A DNA stretch of 26,176 nucleotides from a virus. Its lineage: Duplodnaviria > Caudoviricetes. The position numbers and the translations under genes are program-made. Location: positions 1 to 26,176 of IMG/VR virus record IMGVR_UViG_3300045580_000523; one strand, 5' to 3'. Shown here piece by piece: positions 10,350-19,079 of this stretch; position 1 is the first letter of the stretch; each line of letters opens with the position of its first letter. The notes beneath the pieces were generated by a model, which had not been told where the DNA came from, did not search any database, and saw nothing but the letters and a program-made list of their open reading frames with translations.

Positions 10350-10748
10350 ATGGGCGTTCGGAACACCACCCAGAGTGATGTGTACTGGAACGGCTCCCTG
10401 GTGGGGAAGATCACCGAGGTCTCTGTTTCCGTGTCACGCGACAAACTCCCCACCACCGGCATCGGCCAGGTGGCGGCCACCAAGGCCAAGGGGCTGCGGG
10501 AATCACAGATCAGCGCCACGTTCCTCTACGACCCCGACAACAGCGCGGCGGTGGCGATGGCGAACAGCATCTGGGATGACAGCGAAGCCGTTGACACCCT
10601 GCGCATCGTCACGCGACGGGGTTCGACCCGGGGAGACTTCACGATGGATGTGCTCGCGGCATCGCTGGGTGCACCGATCCGTGTGCGTGAGCTGATCTCC
10701 TGTTCGCTCAACCTCGAGGTGAACGGCGACATGAGCGGGCGGTTCTGA
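10350..10748 (+). CDS. Tail-tube-fold structural protein
   Basis: ATG at 10350. VGKITEVSVSVSRDKLPTTGIG....KGLRES.ISATFLYD resembles the W/S.....D.T..G......GL...SG pattern of tube-fold proteins. Confidence 0.55.
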   Translation: MGVRNTTQSDVYWNGSLVGKITEVSVSVSRDKLPTTGIGQVAATKAKGLRESQISATFLYDPDNSAAVAMANSIWDDSEAVDTLRIVTRRGSTRGDFTMDVLAASLGAPIRVRELISCSLNLEVNGDMSGRF

Positions 10749-10751
10749 TCC

Positions 10752-11834
10752 ATGGCGATCGACGGCCAGATCGGCACGGTCACCCTCAGCCGCAGCTGGC
10801 CGCCGGCGGTGGTGCTCACCGATGAGGTGCTCGATGCGCCTGGCCTGGTGGTGCGCCTGCGGCTGGAAGAGCCTGGCTTCCTCAACGGCGACGAGGTGCT
10901 GCTGACGGCCCCCCTCGGCCTGCCGCTGGATGTGCAGGGCACGGGCTACGCCAACTGCCCTGATGGCCACAGCTTCTGGGGCGATGCCGACTCCAGCGGG
11001 CCAGCCACTCAGCACCGCACGGGCGCCGATCTGCCGTTCTGGGGGACAGACGACAACGCCACCTTCTGGGAACATCCGGGGACCGTGGGGTTTGTCCAGC
11101 AGGCCACCGTGTTCATCCATCGGGATGCACTGGAGCGCGCCACCTTCTACAGCCTCGAGGTGGCTGCGGTGAACGGCGGTGAGCTCAGCCGGCTGCCCCT
11201 GCGGCTGGTGGGCTTCGATCGGCTGATCGTCAGCGTGGCCAGCCGCCACAGCGGTTATGCCGAGGCGCTGCTCGCCCTGGCGCTGGCCATCCCCCGCCCT
11301 GAGGAGCCCGAGACCCTGCTGGCGGATCTGGTGCCGGCCCTGCCCGCGGTGATCAAGGAGGCCGGCGCCGATGCGGAGGAACGTGGCTGGAAACGACAGG
11401 CCGATCTCTTCGCCTGGGAGCTGGAAACCGATGCCGGCATGCTCGACCACGGAGCGATCGGCGAGGCCTTCGGGTCGGTGATCGCCAGCCAGGCCTCTGG
11501 CGCCGGATCGTTCTCCGGCGAGATCTCCAACACCTACAGCCCCGGCGTGAGCCCCAGCACCGCGATGCTCAGGCTGCAGCTGCTCGCACGTCATGGCAGC
11601 ACCGCCACGATTCGCCTGCTGGTGGCCGATGGCCCCCGGGGCCACTCCAATGGCCATGCGTTCATTTCTGAGGACTGCCTCTTCTATGAGCTCGACATCG
11701 CCCTGACCAGAACACGCCTGTCAGCCCAGGCCGGCGACACCATGAAGATCAGCGCACAGTTTGCTGCCATCGGTGATGTGCGCTTTGTCATCGCTGATCG
11801 GACTCATCCCTTGTCGGAGATGTCCCCTGCCTAG
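10752..11834 (+). CDS. Tail structural protein with C-terminal tube-like domain
   Basis: 360 aa. C-half WELETDAGMLDHGAIGEAF....SQASGAGSFSG aligns by eye with the preceding tube-fold protein. Confidence 0.55.
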   Translation: MAIDGQIGTVTLSRSWPPAVVLTDEVLDAPGLVVRLRLEEPGFLNGDEVLLTAPLGLPLDVQGTGYANCPDGHSFWGDADSSGPATQHRTGADLPFWGTDDNATFWEHPGTVGFVQQATVFIHRDALERATFYSLEVAAVNGGELSRLPLRLVGFDRLIVSVASRHSGYAEALLALALAIPRPEEPETLLADLVPALPAVIKEAGADAEERGWKRQADLFAWELETDAGMLDHGAIGEAFGSVIASQASGAGSFSGEISNTYSPGVSPSTAMLRLQLLARHGSTATIRLLVADGPRGHSNGHAFISEDCLFYELDIALTRTRLSAQAGDTMKISAQFAAIGDVRFVIADRTHPLSEMSPA

Positions 11835-11837
11835 CCT
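11827..11837 (+). promoter_or_regulatory. CTGCCTAGCCT late-promoter-like motif
   Basis: Identical to 10312-10322. Lies ~21 nt before the fibre ATG and includes the upstream gene's TAG stop. Confidence 0.45.
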
Positions 11838-11857
11838 GCCGTGAGAAGCAGCAGCCA

Positions 11858-14800
11858 ATGGCTCGGATCACGTTCGCCAATGCCATCGCCGGCATCCTGA
11901 ATGCCTATGGCCCCGGCGGGCAGCAGCGTGCCAAGGAGCAGCTGTCTGCAGTGGTGGATGGCCTGAAACAGCTGGTTGGCGACGCCAACATCGCCTTTGG
12001 CAACACCGAACCTGCTGATCCGCTCAACAGTCCGTACATCCTGTACGTCAACCCCTACATCGGCTCTGATCGCTTCGTTGCCGGGAGCTACAACTCGTTC
12101 GAGGCCCCGGCTGGCGCGACCCCTGAAGCGATCAGTGCCGCCAAGCTCCGGCGTCTGGACAATCAGCGTCTGGTCTGCGGCTATTCACCTCAGAGGCCGT
12201 TCAAGACGCTCAACCGGGCGATCATTGAAGCCGGGATCATCACCGCCAAGAGCTACTACGAAGCCCCGCTGGGCAACAACGATCTGGTGAGCATCGTCAT
12301 CTCCCCGGGGGCGATGAATGTGCTCAACGGCGTCGGTGCCGCCCTGGTGCTCGAGTGGGAAGACGGCAAAGAACCGACGGACGCCGAGCTGCAGGCCTTC
12401 AACCCGGTGGCCACCGGCGGCATTCTGCTGCCCCGCGGCTGCAGCCTCGTTGCCGTCTCCAGCGACCTGCGCAAGACCATCCTGCGGCCCGTGTTCGTCC
12501 CCAGCCCGGCCGATGAGGCTGCCGACTGCAGCAACCGCCGCAGCATCTTCAAGGTCACTGGCACCGGTTACTACTGGGGCCTGACCTTCATGGACAAGGT
12601 GGGCAGCACCAGCTCTCACCACCTGCTGCACTGCTTCGAGTTCGCCAGCAAGGCTGAGCTCGATGAGTTCTACACCAAGATCCGCAGCGCTTTCGGGGGC
12701 GCCAACAACACCGGCGGTCTCAATCCAGCCCTGGCAGTCACCCGCAACTCTGAGTTCGAGATCGTTGGGCCCCGGCCTGCCTCTGGCAACCAGGACATCA
12801 ACACCGACACGACGATCAGCGCCAGCCCCTACATCTTCAACTGCAGCATCCGCAGCAACTACGGCCTCTGCGGCGTGTTTGCCGATGGCGCCAAACCCAC
12901 CGGCTTCCGGTCGATGGTGCTGGCGCAGTTCACCGGCGTCAGCATGCAGCGCGATCTGAGCTGCTGGCAGAAGTACATCAGCAACCAGAACCCTCTGTGG
13001 GGCAACTACTTTGCCAACTACGCCGACTACATCAACAGCGACCCCAACGATGTGCGGATGCACCCGGCTCGGCGCAGCTTTCATATCCGCGCCATCAACG
13101 ACGCGATCATGCAGGAGGTCAGCGTCTTCGCAATCGGTCATGGCATCCACCACTGGGTCCAGAGCGGCGGCGAGCTGACGATCACCAACAGCAACAGCAA
13201 CTTTGGCGGTTGCGCCGCCCTGGCCCAGGGCTACAAGAACGTCGCCTTTGCCGCGGACAGCAACTGGAACGTCGGCAGCATCCGCGTCGCCACCAACCTC
13301 GCGGACAAGCGCAACAACGTCCGCAAGGTCTACCTCGGCAACATCGCTGAGTCGACCGCCAACAACGCCACCACCATCACGCTGACCGCCCCACTGGAGG
13401 CCGGGCTCAACAACCCCAGCCAGCCGCGCATCCTGGAGCGCGACGGGTACAGCCTCCCGCCGGGCTCCTATGTCTGGGTCGAGAACCCCCGCGGGGCCGA
13501 CTACCGAGCTCAGCTGGCGAGCACCCCCTGGAGCAGCGCCAACGCCGATCGAGTCGTCGTCACCGCGGCCTTCCAGAACGAGGACGGCAACGCCCCTGGC
13601 CAGGCGATCACCAACAGCCAGGGCTTCGACACCGGCCAGACCTGGCCCGCACTTGCCGGCGCCCGTCTCTACATCCGCCGCCTGCAGGACGTCCGCACCG
13701 TCGATGAACGGCGCTACTCGCTGCGCTGCAACACCACTGCCGCCCGCTCCCGCACGCCCGTGCGCGACTACGTGCTGCAGACCACACCTGGCACTGGAGG
13801 GATCGTCAGCGGGATCCCCGACAACCAGATGCTGGTGGTGGCCGCGGCCTCCAACGTCGCGCCCCAGGGCTCCGGTGTGCAGCGCTCGGCCTCGGTGGAA
13901 CTGCGACGGGCCAATGCCGTCAACACCTGGACGAGCGGCAACCTCTACCGGCCTGGCGACACGGTCCGCTATCTCTCCAAGAGCTGGAGCTGCAAGACCC
14001 AGAACAGCGACACCACCTGGGATCCGAACAAGTGGGAGCAGGCCTACGTCCACATGGAGGAGGCCTACCGCCCCGAGGACTTCTGGAAGAACACCCAGCC
14101 GGCGATCGTCTTCGACAACGACACCGATCCTCTCGACGACACGCTGACCTGCGGTTACAACCTCGCCACGGTCTGGTCGACCGATGCCGCGATCCAGACG
14201 CAGTACCGCAGCGCCGTCGACTACCTCGGTGTCCACTCGCTGCTGGTGAGCCTCGGTTTCAGCGCCAGCAACGCCCACACGATCCTGCTGCCCAAGACGG
14301 CGGCCACCAGAGAGCGCAACCCGCAGAGCGCCCTCGATGGCATCGGTGCCCCCAGCGGTGCCGCCACCGCCTGGAACAACTGGGCGATCCAGTTCCGCCG
14401 GCCCTCCAACATCCGCCTGTTCGGCCACGCCTGGGAGTGGAGCGGCTTCCTCAACTACACCAAGAGCCTCCCGGAATACCAGCTGGACCTGGGCCCGATC
14501 AACCGGTTCACCTACTTCTTCACCAACCAGAACGGGGGAAGGGTCTACGGCAGCGGCTTCAACGAGGAGGGCTTCCTGGTCACTCCCCAGGGCCTGCAGA
14601 ACCTGGCGACCGGCACCGAGATCAGCTTCGAGGCCGTCGGTGAGGCGGAGATCCCGATCGACGAGGTCGCCTTCCCAACCAGCTTCGATCAGCTGATCGC
14701 CAACAAGCTGACGGTCAACACCGAGCTGAACCTCGGCGGCGTGGTCCGCGGGGCCCCCAGCTGGGAGGGTGGCTTTGGTGGCGTTCTGCCGGCCCTGCCG

Positions 14801-15829
14801 ATCGCGACGCTGACGCAGCGGGGGATCATGGAGTTCGCCACCGGTCAGGAGGTCCAGGAGTTTCTGCGCGACGACCTGGCGGTCAGTCCGGCCACGCTGA
14901 TTCAGGCCCTGGGCGATGCCGTCAAGAGCGTCGTCAACCTGCGCCTCAGCCTGTCGAACGGCAGCTCGGTGCCCAGCGGAAACCAACTCAACGCCACCAG
15001 CCTGTTCCTGCACCCGTTCAACGGCAACGAGGTGGCGCTCTACTCCGTGCAGTCGCTGCGCTGGCAGGTGGTGCGCTTCAGCGGCGTGCAGACCTTCAGC
15101 CTGTCCGGCGCCAGCTCTGCCAACACCAACTACGACATCTACCTCTACAACAGCGGCACGGCACTCAACCCCACTCTTGCCGTGGAGTACGTGGCCTGGT
15201 CAGGTGATCAGACCCCACCGACCAGAGGCAATCAAAACGGTGTGCTGGTCCGCAACGGGAACCCTGCCCGACGCCTGATCGGTGTGGTGCGCGCCACATC
15301 GGCTGGCACGAGCACGATCGACCTCGGTGGCCAGATCCTTGGCGCCAACAGCGCAGACTTTCCAAAAATCTATCTCTCTAACCTCTATAACCTGTACGAC
15401 GCCAGAATGGTGTATTTCTTCGGTAACTCTTGGAATGTTCCATCGATACCTTGGTCTGTCGCCCCCGTGTCGGTCTACCCCACAGCCCCCAGAGTCAGTT
15501 GGATTCAGGCCTCGACAACGCTTGTTACCGCTTTTCTTGATATCTACAACAATCCCATGGCAGGCGGAAATGCGCGGCAGGATGGAGTGATCGCTTACGT
15601 CGCTCCAGGTATCAATGCGACAACATTCCCGGACCCGACTGCCTTCTATGGAGAGTGCTCTTACGAGAACCAGACAGCCGGTTCACAGTGGGCAGGAGCA
15701 CTCAACCCGGGCCTCAACAACATTTATTACCTGTACAGACAGTTTGCGAACTCGCTTGCAGGAACCGATGACAGGTCGGCAATCAACGAACATGCCGCTC
15801 ATGGCATGATCGTCACAGTTAAGGCTTGA
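11858..15829 (+). CDS. Large tail fibre / receptor-binding structural protein
   Basis: 1323 aa. N-half motifs (RPFKTLNRAIIEA, GGILLPRG, DLRKT..RP, SASPYIFN, GFRSMVLAQFTG, ITNSNSNFG) recalled from cyanophage virion proteins. CBM5/12-like motif at 13928-14035. Fibre-type ATLTQRGIMEFAT..AVSPATL at 14804-14899. Lower-GC C-terminus. Confidence 0.8.
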   Translation: MARITFANAIAGILNAYGPGGQQRAKEQLSAVVDGLKQLVGDANIAFGNTEPADPLNSPYILYVNPYIGSDRFVAGSYNSFEAPAGATPEAISAAKLRRLDNQRLVCGYSPQRPFKTLNRAIIEAGIITAKSYYEAPLGNNDLVSIVISPGAMNVLNGVGAALVLEWEDGKEPTDAELQAFNPVATGGILLPRGCSLVAVSSDLRKTILRPVFVPSPADEAADCSNRRSIFKVTGTGYYWGLTFMDKVGSTSSHHLLHCFEFASKAELDEFYTKIRSAFGGANNTGGLNPALAVTRNSEFEIVGPRPASGNQDINTDTTISASPYIFNCSIRSNYGLCGVFADGAKPTGFRSMVLAQFTGVSMQRDLSCWQKYISNQNPLWGNYFANYADYINSDPNDVRMHPARRSFHIRAINDAIMQEVSVFAIGHGIHHWVQSGGELTITNSNSNFGGCAALAQGYKNVAFAADSNWNVGSIRVATNLADKRNNVRKVYLGNIAESTANNATTITLTAPLEAGLNNPSQPRILERDGYSLPPGSYVWVENPRGADYRAQLASTPWSSANADRVVVTAAFQNEDGNAPGQAITNSQGFDTGQTWPALAGARLYIRRLQDVRTVDERRYSLRCNTTAARSRTPVRDYVLQTTPGTGGIVSGIPDNQMLVVAAASNVAPQGSGVQRSASVELRRANAVNTWTSGNLYRPGDTVRYLSKSWSCKTQNSDTTWDPNKWEQAYVHMEEAYRPEDFWKNTQPAIVFDNDTDPLDDTLTCGYNLATVWSTDAAIQTQYRSAVDYLGVHSLLVSLGFSASNAHTILLPKTAATRERNPQSALDGIGAPSGAATAWNNWAIQFRRPSNIRLFGHAWEWSGFLNYTKSLPEYQLDLGPINRFTYFFTNQNGGRVYGSGFNEEGFLVTPQGLQNLATGTEISFEAVGEAEIPIDEVAFPTSFDQLIANKLTVNTELNLGGVVRGAPSWEGGFGGVLPALPIATLTQRGIMEFATGQEVQEFLRDDLAVSPATLIQALGDAVKSVVNLRLSLSNGSSVPSGNQLNATSLFLHPFNGNEVALYSVQSLRWQVVRFSGVQTFSLSGASSANTNYDIYLYNSGTALNPTLAVEYVAWSGDQTPPTRGNQNGVLVRNGNPARRLIGVVRATSAGTSTIDLGGQILGANSADFPKIYLSNLYNLYDARMVYFFGNSWNVPSIPWSVAPVSVYPTAPRVSWIQASTTLVTAFLDIYNNPMAGGNARQDGVIAYVAPGINATTFPDPTAFYGECSYENQTAGSQWAGALNPGLNNIYYLYRQFANSLAGTDDRSAINEHAAHGMIVTVKA

Positions 15830-15832
15830 CCC

Positions 15833-16018
15833 ATGAAAAACGAACTTGCGATCGAATCCGCCACTTATGCCTCCGGTGCCGCTCCCATTTTGGTTCGCCT
15901 GGTACTGAGCGACTCCACGGAGGCAGCCATTTACCTCGATGAGCCCCGCGGCAAACTGCATGACCTGCTCGATGCGTGGCTTGCAGAAGGCAACGAGATC
16001 ACAGAAGCTACGACTTGA
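15833..16018 (+). CDS. Small tail-fibre-associated (chaperone-like) protein
   Basis: 61 aa directly after the fibre. C-terminal AWLAEGN motif is common in small proteins downstream of phage fibres. Confidence 0.55.
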   Translation: MKNELAIESATYASGAAPILVRLVLSDSTEAAIYLDEPRGKLHDLLDAWLAEGNEITEATT

Positions 16019-16093
16019 ACAGCCGCGCGCGACGGAAGCATCCGTGCATGCGTCAAGCCTAGCTTGTATGCGCTGGGCTCTTGACTCACAGCT

Positions 16094-16360
16094 GTGCCAG
16101 ACAATCAATCATATCCGGCTTATGAGCCCAAGCCTCCCAACGTTGTTGGCAGCTATCTGTTGCCTGTGCTGGCAACCATCTCGGCGTTGTCGTTCATGGC
16201 AGCCGCCAGCGCCAGCATTGGCGTCTGGAAAGATGTTTCGGTGATGCGTGAGTCGATGAGCACGTTGATCAAGAATTCTGATCTACAGCAGAAGCAATAC
16301 AAGGAAGTAACTGAACAACTTCAGGAACATGAAATCCGTTTAACAAAAGGGAAGCTATGA
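16094..16360 (+). CDS. Membrane protein, one TM helix plus coiled coil (lysis cassette)
   Basis: Hydrophobic LLPVLATISALSFMAAASASIGVW followed by a heptad-like tail ending LQEHEIRLTK. ATGA-coupled to the next gene. Confidence 0.6.
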   Translation: MPDNQSYPAYEPKPPNVVGSYLLPVLATISALSFMAAASASIGVWKDVSVMRESMSTLIKNSDLQQKQYKEVTEQLQEHEIRLTKGKL

Positions 16361-16782
16361 CGGCAAAACGAAACAGCCGCTCGACGGTGCTGGCCAGCGT
16401 GTCTCCTGTGATTGGAGCCGGGCTCACGATTGCCGGCTGGGTGGTGGTGGCCAACGTGGCCTGGCAGCTGGTAGCGGGCCTGACGCAGGCCCTGCTCTGC
16501 GAAGCCCGCAGCCGCCGGCCGCTGGAGTGTCTGCCGGCCTGGACGCAGATGGGCGAGATCGGCCGCCGCTCCACCGACACCCTGCTGGCCCTGGTGGTGC
16601 ACAGTCCAGCTGAATCGGCCGCCGCCGCCATGGGTGGCTTGGCCGGAGGTGTGCTGGTCAGCCGCCGCCGCACGGCAGAACAGGCCGAGGAAAGCGAACA
16701 GCCGCTCAGAGGCCCGATCGGCATCGTGCCACCGCCTGGGGAGCCCCAGGATGGATCTGGCGACGACCCTGAGCCTGCATGA
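16357..16782 (+). CDS. Putative holin-like membrane protein
   Basis: Long N-terminal hydrophobic segment, a Cys-x9-Cys loop and a second hydrophobic segment. ATGA-coupled on both sides, upstream of the lysozyme. Confidence 0.5.
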   Translation: MTAKRNSRSTVLASVSPVIGAGLTIAGWVVVANVAWQLVAGLTQALLCEARSRRPLECLPAWTQMGEIGRRSTDTLLALVVHSPAESAAAAMGGLAGGVLVSRRRTAEQAEESEQPLRGPIGIVPPPGEPQDGSGDDPEPA

Positions 16783-17081
16783 TCGGATTCCTGCTCAGAC
16801 CGCTGCTGTCGTTGCTGGTGCGGCAGATCGTCATCCTGCTACTGCAGGCCCTGGGGCGTGATCTGCGTCAGCGGCTGCCGGAGGTGTTCGCGGCGATCGA
16901 TGCCCAGGTGATCCGCGCCATCCAGCAGGGAGCTGATCAGGTGTCGATGCTGTTCACTCTGGCGGTCCAGCAGGTGGTGCACCGCGATCCCTCGACGCTG
17001 GAGCTGCGCATCCTCACGCTGCTGTTCGATCCGGCTGCCAGTGCCCGCCACGCCAAGTCCACATCTGCTGTGACGCCATGA
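16779..17081 (+). CDS. Hypothetical membrane-associated protein (lysis cassette)
   Basis: Leu-rich amphipathic N-terminus. ATGA overlaps with both neighbours. Confidence 0.6.
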   Translation: MIGFLLRPLLSLLVRQIVILLLQALGRDLRQRLPEVFAAIDAQVIRAIQQGADQVSMLFTLAVQQVVHRDPSTLELRILTLLFDPAASARHAKSTSAVTP

Positions 17082-17737
17082 ATCCGTCCCTGCTCCGCTA
17101 CGCCCTGGCCACCGTCGATGGACATCCAGGCCACAAGGCCTTCTGGTCGGCGGTGGAGGGGCTGCTCACCCATGAGCAGAGGAAACGCCTCGAGCAGGGC
17201 GGCGACATCCGCACCGCCACCTGGTTGATCCCAGCCGTCAGCCCTGCCTGGAATGCTGTGGTGACTGTGGCTCTGCCCCTGGTGAAGGAGTTCGAGGGCT
17301 GCAAGCTCACTGCCTACCCCGATCCTGAGACAGGCGGCGAGCCGTGGACGATCGGCTGGGGCAGCACACGGCATGCCGATGGCCGCCCGGTGCGCCGCGG
17401 CGACACGATCAGCCAGGCCCAGGCTGATGCGCTGCTGGTGGCCCGTCTGGAGCGTGATGCGCAGGCCTTGGCCAGTCGCATCACGGGATGGGGAGGCCTG
17501 AGCATCAACCAGCAGGCGGCCCTGCTCTCGTTCACCTACAACTGCGGCACGCACTGGTATGGCAGTGAGGGCTTTGCCACCCTCACCCGTTGCCTGCAGC
17601 GCGGGCTGCAGAACGATGCCCAGGAACTGTCGAAGGTGCCGGGCGCCTTGATGCTCTACGTGAATCCGGGCGGGCCCAGCGAGGCAGGCCTGCGGCGGCG
17701 CCGCAAGGCGGAAGGGGCGCTCTGGAGCGCTCAGTAG
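17078..17737 (+). CDS. Endolysin, GH24 phage lysozyme
   Basis: KEFEGC.L.AYPD....WTIGWGST (E-D-T triad), Q.AALLSF.YN.G, GL.RRR.AE..LW. Has a ~60-aa N-terminal extension. Confidence 0.95.
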   Translation: MNPSLLRYALATVDGHPGHKAFWSAVEGLLTHEQRKRLEQGGDIRTATWLIPAVSPAWNAVVTVALPLVKEFEGCKLTAYPDPETGGEPWTIGWGSTRHADGRPVRRGDTISQAQADALLVARLERDAQALASRITGWGGLSINQQAALLSFTYNCGTHWYGSEGFATLTRCLQRGLQNDAQELSKVPGALMLYVNPGGPSEAGLRRRRKAEGALWSAQ

Positions 17738-18534
17738 GGCCAGATCGCCGCCGGCCGCACCCCACCGCTCGGCACAAAGCGACCGCCGTCGCGGCGATCA
17801 ATGTGGATGAAGCCGCGGTTGCGGCCGTCCCCGAAGCCACCGGTCCAGCGGGTGATCAGGAAGTCGTAGAGGGCCTGCAGGGGCAGGCCGACCGGATAGA
17901 GATCGACGGCCAGGCCGCTGACATGAAAGCTGTTGGGCACGCCGCCAACCTCGCGATTGATGGGCTCGGGCCGGAAGAAGCTCGTCACCCCCAGCGGGCG
18001 GCCCCAGGCCTGACGGATGGCCTGGAACTCCCGGGCGGTCTCCAGGATGCGGGGCACCACAGCGCTCTGAGCCGTAGGCCGCCGGCGTGCGTCGAACTGC
18101 AGCACCTCGCCCACGGTGAGGTTGGGGGTGATGAAGGCACCGAAGTCGCTCCAGTCGATCTCCTCTGCCACGACATGCGCAACGGCTGCGGGAAGCACCA
18201 ACGCGGCTGCCTGCAGGCCCGCTGGTGCCACCCCCTGCAGTCGCTTGAAGTGGGGCATGAAAGCGTGCCACGTGCCGGCGCCGCCGCCCAGCTCCACCAG
18301 CTCGTGGGCGTTGCCCTGAATCTCCCTGGTGGCCACCACACCCAGCTGCTTGCCGGCTGGCACCAGCACCTTCTCATCGTCGGGCAGCTCAGCTGCAGGA
18401 TCGGTCGACTTCTTGAGCCAGGTGTCCTGCACCGCCTGCAGCGAGAAGATCACCGGCTTCTGCAAGGCCGCGGCCGACTTGCTGTCAGCGGCCGGGGATG
18501 AGGCCTGGTCCGCCGTGTTGCTGCCCTTGGTCAT
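17731..18534 (-). CDS. Peptidase M15A (Zn D-Ala-D-Ala carboxypeptidase-like) with N-terminal putative cell-wall-binding domain
   Basis: TS.FRP...N..VGG..NS.H..G.AVD and GFIHID motifs. N-terminal DTWLKKS...LPDDEK..V..G...H..V.L..W module of the type seen in cyanobacterial cell-wall enzymes. Confidence 0.9.
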   Translation of the reverse strand: MTKGSNTADQASSPAADSKSAAALQKPVIFSLQAVQDTWLKKSTDPAAELPDDEKVLVPAGKQLGVVATREIQGNAHELVELGGGAGTWHAFMPHFKRLQGVAPAGLQAAALVLPAAVAHVVAEEIDWSDFGAFITPNLTVGEVLQFDARRRPTAQSAVVPRILETAREFQAIRQAWGRPLGVTSFFRPEPINREVGGVPNSFHVSGLAVDLYPVGLPLQALYDFLITRWTGGFGDGRNRGFIHIDRRDGGRFVPSGGVRPAAIWPY

Positions 18535-18582
18535 GGTGGCTCAGCTCTGTTCTTGCGTCAGTCTGGGAGCGCCTGATGGCAC

Positions 18583-18617
18583 AAAAAAACGGCCGCGTCC
18601 CTGCAGGGTTGCGGCCG
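18583..18617 (-). terminator. Rho-independent terminator
   Basis: Minus strand CGGCCGC-AA-CCCTGCAGGG-AC-GCGGCCG followed by T7, 24 nt downstream of the acidic-protein stop. Confidence 0.85.
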
Positions 18618-18641
18618 ATCGAATCGGATCTGATGCCCAGA

Positions 18642-18998
18642 TCAGGAGGCCGGCTCAGCAGCAGGTTCAGCTGCAGCCTCGGCCGCGGGTTCAGCAACGA
18701 TCTCTTCGGCCGGCTCGGCGGTTGCCTCAGGAGCAGCATCCGCGACGGCCTCGGAGGCCGGCTCATAGGCAGCCAGCAAGCTGTCGAGCTGCTGATCCTC
18801 AATGGCATCGGCGTCGACAAGCTGCTGGAGCTCCTCGGCGCGCGCCTGGGCAGCGGCAGCAGCAGCTTCCGCTGCTTCCACCGCAGCGTCATCGGCGGCA
18901 TCATCGGCCAGAGCTTCAGCGAGCTGCTGCTTCAGCGCTGCGATCTCAGATTGTTGACCGGACAGAACAGCGGCAAAGCGCTGGATCAGAGAGGACAT
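18642..18998 (-). CDS. Highly acidic Ala-rich coiled-coil protein
   Basis: 118 aa from ATG 18998 (alternative ATG 19031). About 26 D/E versus 3 K/R by hand count. C-terminal AEPA repeats. Strong GC3 codon bias. Confidence 0.75.
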   Translation of the reverse strand: MSSLIQRFAAVLSGQQSEIAALKQQLAEALADDAADDAAVEAAEAAAAAAQARAEELQQLVDADAIEDQQLDSLLAAYEPASEAVADAAPEATAEPAEEIVAEPAAEAAAEPAAEPAS

Positions 18999-19079
18999 GA
19001 TAGAAAAGAGGGAGGAGAAGAACCGAGGCATTGGACAGGATCCAGAACGGGGGTGACCGCGCTGGAATTGAGGCGTTGT

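Noticed and set aside
880-15013. Long antisense ORFs (880..2442, 5362..7506, 8185..9489, 10503..11657, 12185..15013)
   Set aside because: They mirror high-GC3 sense genes and show no motifs. This is the expected shadow-ORF artefact.
14900-16100. Diversity-generating retroelement targeting the fibre tip
   Set aside because: No reverse transcriptase and no TR/VR repeat pair seen in this window.
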